Source: Polymyxa betae A26-41
Lineage: Eukaryota; Protista; Endomyxa: Phytomyxea
Assembly: GCA_003693705.1 (NCBI GenBank)
Contig: RBZT01000563.1
Coordinates: forward strand, 124,001-188,000
DNA: 64,000 nt
Reading direction: 5' to 3'
Shown here piece by piece: positions 62,100 through 64,000 of this stretch (positions are counted from its first letter, which is position 1; every line of letters begins with the position of its first letter). The translations under genes and the position numbers were made by a program. The notes under the pieces were generated by a model, which saw only the letters and a list, made by a program, of their open reading frames with translations, had not been told where the DNA came from and searched no databases.

Positions 62100-62393
62100 T
62101 CAACGGTTCTGCTTGATTGGCTTGGTGAAGTGGCGCTTTGAAAGCCGATGCCGACGTAGTTGGCCGATATCATGAAATGTTCTTGAGCAAACGTTGCATA
62201 CTCGATCGACACCTTCGGCTGCACTGTTACTAGCCGGTTTCTTATCTGAAGCAAGGGTCAGCACAATCACCGACCGCCAACGACAGGCAGAAATACCTGA
62301 TACCCAAGCCATAATTTGAAACTGGCCATGCACTGTCTTCACAGTTCGTTTGGTCCTGCGCCAAGCGCCTGGTGCAGCGGCGTTGTCAGCCAT
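62100..62393 (-). CDS. Small basic protein with a C2H2 zinc finger
   Basis: CNVCSRTFHDIGQLRRHRLSKRH. Probable in-frame 51-nt intron at 62246-62296, giving ~80 aa. Confidence 0.7.
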   Translation of the reverse strand: MADNAAAPGAWRRTKRTVKTVHGQFQIMAWVSGISACRWRSVIVLTLASDKKPASNSAAEGVDRVCNVCSRTFHDIGQLRRHRLSKRHFTKPIKQNR

Positions 62394-62731
62394 AGAGCAT
62401 TGAGGTAGAATGGCATTATTTGATGCGGGATTACGTCGTTAAGATGCGTTACACAGTCCCATTAGGGTTCATATCACACCAATCGACCATGTGGTTGTAT
62501 GATACTGATTACGGCAGGACGGCAGCCCAGCTTCATTAGAGGTGCTCTTCCACACTGAACGTAGGAGGCTGCTGCTATACCATCAACTGGCTCATCCGTC
62601 TCTCCAACCTCATTCGATGTTTTGTCCCCATTTGAGAGACAAACTCGGCTCATCTGGCGGCGTTTGCAAATGGTTTCCCATCAACAGTGGACGTTGTGAC
62701 TTCAAGGATCATGTGTACTGTACTTGAATCG

Positions 62732-63843
62732 ATGGGAAGTAGTACCGGTAGTGAACCGGGTCGCGAACCTGCTTGATGGCGACAGGACGAGGAAGGTCGC
62801 AGGCTGGGGCGTTCTCGGCCCAGTCGGCCCATCGAGATGATTATCGTCCGCCTCCATTACCGGCTGCACAGCCGAGTCCTGTCAACAGACCTAGACTGTT
62901 TATTCCCTTCACCGGCACCTCTACGTCAAGCGATTATCGAGCTTTTCCTCGCGAAGCGTTGCTATCTAGCTCTGTCAAACGTTCCGAGCCAATTACGAAT
63001 CATATCGGCGATCGTTCGTCAGCAACCAAGTTTGATTGGTGTTCAACCAATCGCGAAGATTTTCGCTTTCATCAACGTCCGCCTGCAGAGACAGCAAAGC
63101 CTCCCTCACAGCGTCGTTTAGTTCTACCATTTACTGGCCAGAGCACCTCTCGAGCTGATTTTCAGGCTCCGCCTTCTGAAGTTCTTCGCAGCAGTCGACC
63201 CGGATCTGCTGCCCTGAAATCGTTCAATGATAGGGATAATATCCATGTTACAGACTTGCTGGATGACGCCAAGTTTGAGGGTTCTTCTTCTTATACCAGC
63301 GAATATAAGCCCATACCTTTACCGCTTTCTCAGACGCTTTCTCAACCGACCCTCGAATATGTTCCTTCTCAAGAGCCGCCGTTGCGATTCGAAGGCGTTT
63401 CCGAGAGCCATTCGCAGTATCGCTCGATTGAGCTAGAGAAGGGGCACCGAACGCCTATTGATAGCAAGACGTTCATTAGCTCGATATCCAGTCCAGGTTC
63501 CATGTTTGAGGCAACGACAGAGTTTCGTGCAAGCTTTAAGCCGGTGCCATTGGAGAGACACAATATTGCTCTGGAGCCATATGTTATGGACGATTCCATT
63601 CCATTCGATGCGACGACGGAATCTAGAGCCAGTTACCGACCTTACGTTCTCAGTAAATCAGATGGAACTCCATCGGTATCTGGCAGAGCAAGCCCTGTAT
63701 TCGAAGGGAATTCAGGCAGAGCAAGCCCTGTATTCGAAGGGAATTCAGGCAGAGCAAGCCCTGTATTCGAAGGGAATTCATCCCATCGTATTGATTATGT
63801 CCCATACTCAGATCAAAGCTGCAAACGTAATGACTCCTCATGA
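62732..63843 (+). CDS. SAXO/STOP-like axonemal microtubule-stabilising protein
   Basis: Repeated F-x-G/A-x-S/T-x-x-R-x-D/E-F/Y modules (FTGTSTSSDY, FTGQSTSRADF, FEGSSSYTSEY, FEATTEFRASF, FDATTESRASY). A short first exon from ATG 62732 is inferred. Confidence 0.75.
63679..63780 (+). repeat. 33-bp coding tandem repeat x3 (SGRASPVFEGN)
   Basis: tc(t/a)ggcagagcaagccctgtattcgaagggaat occurs three times, near-perfect. Confidence 0.95.
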
Positions 63844-64000
63844 CCTGGCGCTATCACTTTTAATACAATTCAGACAATTTTCAAATGATCTTCATTCGTT
63901 CATCTATGACTGCCGAAAATTCACGTTGATCTCAAAAAAGTTCATTCGCCATCATCAAGAATGGCCATTCCGAGAGGTTTTGTTGCTGATAGAATTTCCA

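Noticed and set aside
63679-63780. CRISPR-like array
   Set aside because: Head-to-tail repeats without spacers, in frame within a eukaryotic coding exon.
1-64000. Prokaryotic origin, operons, or GTG/TTG starts as shown in the ORF track
   Set aside because: Spliceosomal introns interrupt conserved eukaryotic proteins throughout, and most track 'starts' are internal exon positions.

Overview
Gene-dense eukaryotic (protist) genomic DNA. It has many short (mostly ~40-60 nt) GT-AG introns and very short intergenic gaps, so the ORF track breaks nearly every gene into fragments. The gene set (axonemal SAXO- and CCDC66-like genes, ferlin, calcineurin A, ENA-type Na+ pumps, a plant-type HIR protein, a chitin-deacetylase-like protein) and the intron style suggest a flagellated protist, possibly a plasmodiophorid. 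That assignment is inference only. About 25 protein-coding genes and one pseudogene were reconstructed by hand. No rRNA, tRNA, CRISPR array or recognisable transposon was seen. The top observation is a full-length SMCHD1-type chromatin ATPase (GHKL ATPase, long linker, SMC hinge) at 20364-27761, colinear with the vertebrate epigenetic silencer. Other highlights: a membrane-anchored CE4 deacetylase lacking its catalytic residues; a 17-exon HIR/band-7 gene with 7-nt and 5-nt microexons that the ORF track misses; a (DH-PH-FYVE)x2-FYVE RhoGEF; a giant degenerate DUF3638/DUF3645-like EF-hand protein; two convergent genes whose stop codons share one CTAG; telomere-type repeats inside introns; and an ENA tandem array with an apparent gene-conversion tract and a pseudogene. 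Family assignments come from remembered motifs, not database searches. Exon boundaries are manual predictions.
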